The notes beneath the pieces were generated by a model, which worked only from the letters and a program-made list of their open reading frames with translations, did not search any database and was not told the origin of the DNA. Shown here in pieces: positions 59,792 through 64,000 of a stretch of 64,000 nucleotides of DNA. A program made the position numbers and the translations under genes. The stretch's first letter is position 1, and every line of letters begins with the position of its first letter. The DNA comes from an uncultured delta proteobacterium (GTDB taxonomy: Bacteria > Desulfobacterota > Binatia > DP-6): NCBI GenBank assembly GCA_963815115.1, contig CAWFFN010000005.1, positions 1,120,001-1,184,000 on the forward strand. The letters run 5' to 3'.

Positions 59792-61228
59792 GTGAGCCCC
59801 CGAGAACGCTCGTCCACCGAGACCACCACCCGCCCGCGGTCGAAGATCGTCCGGGCGGTCGTGGCGGAGGCGGAGGCGATCGCGGCCGCCGTCCCGGCAA
59901 CCGCGCCCGGGGTCTCGAATGGCGAGCCCGCGCCGGTGGAGGAGCCCGCCGCGCCGTCTCCGGCGTCCAACGTCCCGGCGCTGAACCTGCAGGAGCTGAA
60001 GGAGAAGAAGATCGGCGAGCTCGCCACCCTGGCGAAGGAGATGCGCATCGAAGGGGCTGCGGCGCTCCGTCGTCAGGAGCTCATCTTCGCCATCCTCCAG
60101 GCCCAGGCCGAGCTCGACGGGGCGGTGAGCGGGGAGGGCGTCCTCGAGATCCTGCCCGACGGCTTCGGGTTCCTTCGCTGTCCGGACTACAACTATCTGC
60201 CCGGTCCCGACGACATCTACGTCTCTCCGAGCCAGATCCGGCGCTTCAACCTGCGCACCGGCGACGTCGTGTCGGGACAGATCCGCCCTCCCAAGGAGGG
60301 CGAACGGTACTTCGCGCTCCTGAAGGTCGAGACCATCAACTTCGAGGAGCCCGAGCGCGCGCGGGAGAAGATCCTGTTCGACAACCTGACGCCGCTCTAT
60401 CCGCAGGAGCAGCTGCGCCTGGAGTTCGAGCAGCAGGAGTTCACGACCCGGATCATCGATCTGCTCACCCCGGTCGGCAAGGGACAGCGCGGCCTCATCG
60501 TGGCGGCGCCCCGCACCGGCAAGACGATGATGCTGCAGAACATCGCGCACGGCATCACCGCCAACCATCCCGCCGTCGTCCTGATCGTGCTCCTCATCGA
60601 CGAGCGTCCCGAGGAGGTCACCGACATGCAGCGGTCGGTGCGCGGCGAGGTCGTCAGCTCGACGTTCGACGAGCCGCCGACCCGCCACGTTCAGGTCGCC
60701 GAGATGGTCATCGAGAAGGCGAAACGCCTGGTCGAGCACGGCCGTGACGTGGTCGTCCTCCTCGACTCGATCACGCGCCTGGCGCGCGCCTACAACTCCG
60801 TGGTGCCGCCGAGCGGGAAGATCCTCTCCGGCGGCGTCGACTCGAACGCGCTGCGCGGGCCGAAGAAGTTCTTCGGCGCCGCCCGCAACATCGAGGAGGG
60901 CGGCAGCCTCACCATCCTCGGCACGGCGCTGGTCGACACCGGGAGCCGGATGGACGAGGTCATCTTCGAGGAGTTCAAGGGCACCGGCAACATGGATATC
61001 CACCTCGACCGGCGCCTCATGGACCGGCGCATGTTCCCCGCCATGGACGTCACCCGCTCGGGCACCCGCAAGGAGGAGCTGCTCCTTCCCCGCGAGGTGC
61101 TCAACCGGGTCTGGATTCTCCGCAAGCTCCTGACCCAGCTGAACACGGTGGAGGCCATGGAGTTCCTGCACGACAAGATCAGGGGAACGAAGGAGAATCA
61201 GGAGTTCCTGGATTCGATGAGCCAGTGA
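59792..61228 (+). CDS. rho: Transcription termination factor Rho
   Basis: [24 protein letters not shown] and [12 protein letters not shown] motifs. Confidence 0.98.
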   Translation: MSPRERSSTETTTRPRSKIVRAVVAEAEAIAAAVPATAPGVSNGEPAPVEEPAAPSPASNVPALNLQELKEKKIGELATLAKEMRIEGAAALRRQELIFAILQAQAELDGAVSGEGVLEILPDGFGFLRCPDYNYLPGPDDIYVSPSQIRRFNLRTGDVVSGQIRPPKEGERYFALLKVETINFEEPERAREKILFDNLTPLYPQEQLRLEFEQQEFTTRIIDLLTPVGKGQRGLIVAAPRTGKTMMLQNIAHGITANHPAVVLIVLLIDERPEEVTDMQRSVRGEVVSSTFDEPPTRHVQVAEMVIEKAKRLVEHGRDVVVLLDSITRLARAYNSVVPPSGKILSGGVDSNALRGPKKFFGAARNIEEGGSLTILGTALVDTGSRMDEVIFEEFKGTGNMDIHLDRRLMDRRMFPAMDVTRSGTRKEELLLPREVLNRVWILRKLLTQLNTVEAMEFLHDKIRGTKENQEFLDSMSQ

Positions 61229-61328
61229 GGCCTCGGGGACTTAGATTGCCTCGGCGCCTCGGTTTCTGGTACAGGAACCCGTTTCGACGGAGATCGCGAA
61301 GGGAGGGTGGAGCGCCCAGCGCCTGGTT

Positions 61329-62113
61329 ATGACCGACGTCACCATGAAGAATCTACTCGAGGCCGGCGTGCACTTCGGCCACCAGACCAGCCGCTGGAAC
61401 CCGAAGATGAAGCCGTACATCTTCGGCGCCCGCAACGGCATCTACATCATCGACCTCCAGCAGACGGTGAAGATGTTCCGCGACGCGTACAACTTCGTGC
61501 GCGAGCGAACGGCGCAGGGCGGCCAGATGCTGTTCGTGGGCACCAAGCCCCAGGCACAGGACGCCATCCGCGAGGAGGCCGAGCGCTGCGGCGCGTTCTA
61601 CGTGAACACGCGGTGGCTCGGCGGGATGCTCACCAACTTCCAGACCATCAAGCAGTCGATCGACCGCCTGAAGAAGCTCGACGAAATGCTCGAGGACACG
61701 CAGGTCGCCGACGCGCTCACCAAGAAGGAAGTCCAGGGTCTCCGGCGCGAGCGGGAGAAGCTGCTGTCGTCGCTCGGCGGCATCAAGGGGCTGCGCAAGC
61801 TCCCGGACGCTCTTTTCGTGATCGACCCGAAGAAGGAAGAGATCGCGGTCAAGGAGGCGAACAAGCTCGGCATCCCGGTCGTCGCCGTGGTCGACACCAA
61901 CTGCGACCCCGACATGATCGACTACAAGATCCCCGGCAACGACGACGCCATCCGGGCCATCCGCCTGTTCTGCGCCGCCGTCGCCGAGGCGGTGATCGAG
62001 GGACGGAACCTCTACGAGGAGCGCCAGCGCGGAGCCGGAGCCTCGACCGTCGCCGGCGGCAACGGTGCCGAGCCAGAGGTCGGAGAGGTGCAGGAGCTCG
62101 AGGCGCAGCCCTC

Positions 62114-62117
<4 letters not shown>
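61329..62117 (+). CDS. rpsB: 30S ribosomal protein S2
   Basis: [17 protein letters not shown] and [10 protein letters not shown] motifs. Confidence 0.98.

Positions 62118-64000
<1,883 letters not shown>

Noticed and set aside
61307-62113. Apparent long N-terminal extension of EF-Ts
   Set aside because: Alternate frame over rpsB; tsf starts at the ATGA overlap at 62114.

Overview
High-GC bacterial DNA; gene content resembles Candidatus Binatia or a related deltaproteobacterium-like lineage (inference only). Bases 1-45.2 kb are an accessory mosaic: katE, a eukaryote-like VWA7 secreted protein, lipoproteins, two ppk2 genes, mlaEFD-pqiC, ytcA-mdtNOP, an IS1182-family element, a P-type ATPase, several small secreted Cys/His-rich proteins and many short gene remnants. 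Bases 45.2-48.5 kb hold the most notable structure: a tandem array of tiny integrase-less units at tRNA-Leu(GAG). The two tRNA-proximal units are bounded by copies of the tRNA 3' end plus a shared ~90-bp arm, each of the three segments carries a toxin-antitoxin pair, and decay increases with distance from the tRNA. Bases 48.5-64 kb are core genes (secG, tpiA, pgk, gap, tol-pal-cpoB, ribF, rluD, rho, rpsB, tsf, pyrH, frr), with a fold-back MITE between ribF and rluD whose ends match the IS1182 element. Single-base frameshifts in tolA and cpoB suggest some indels may be sequencing errors. All family assignments come from motif recognition, not database searches.
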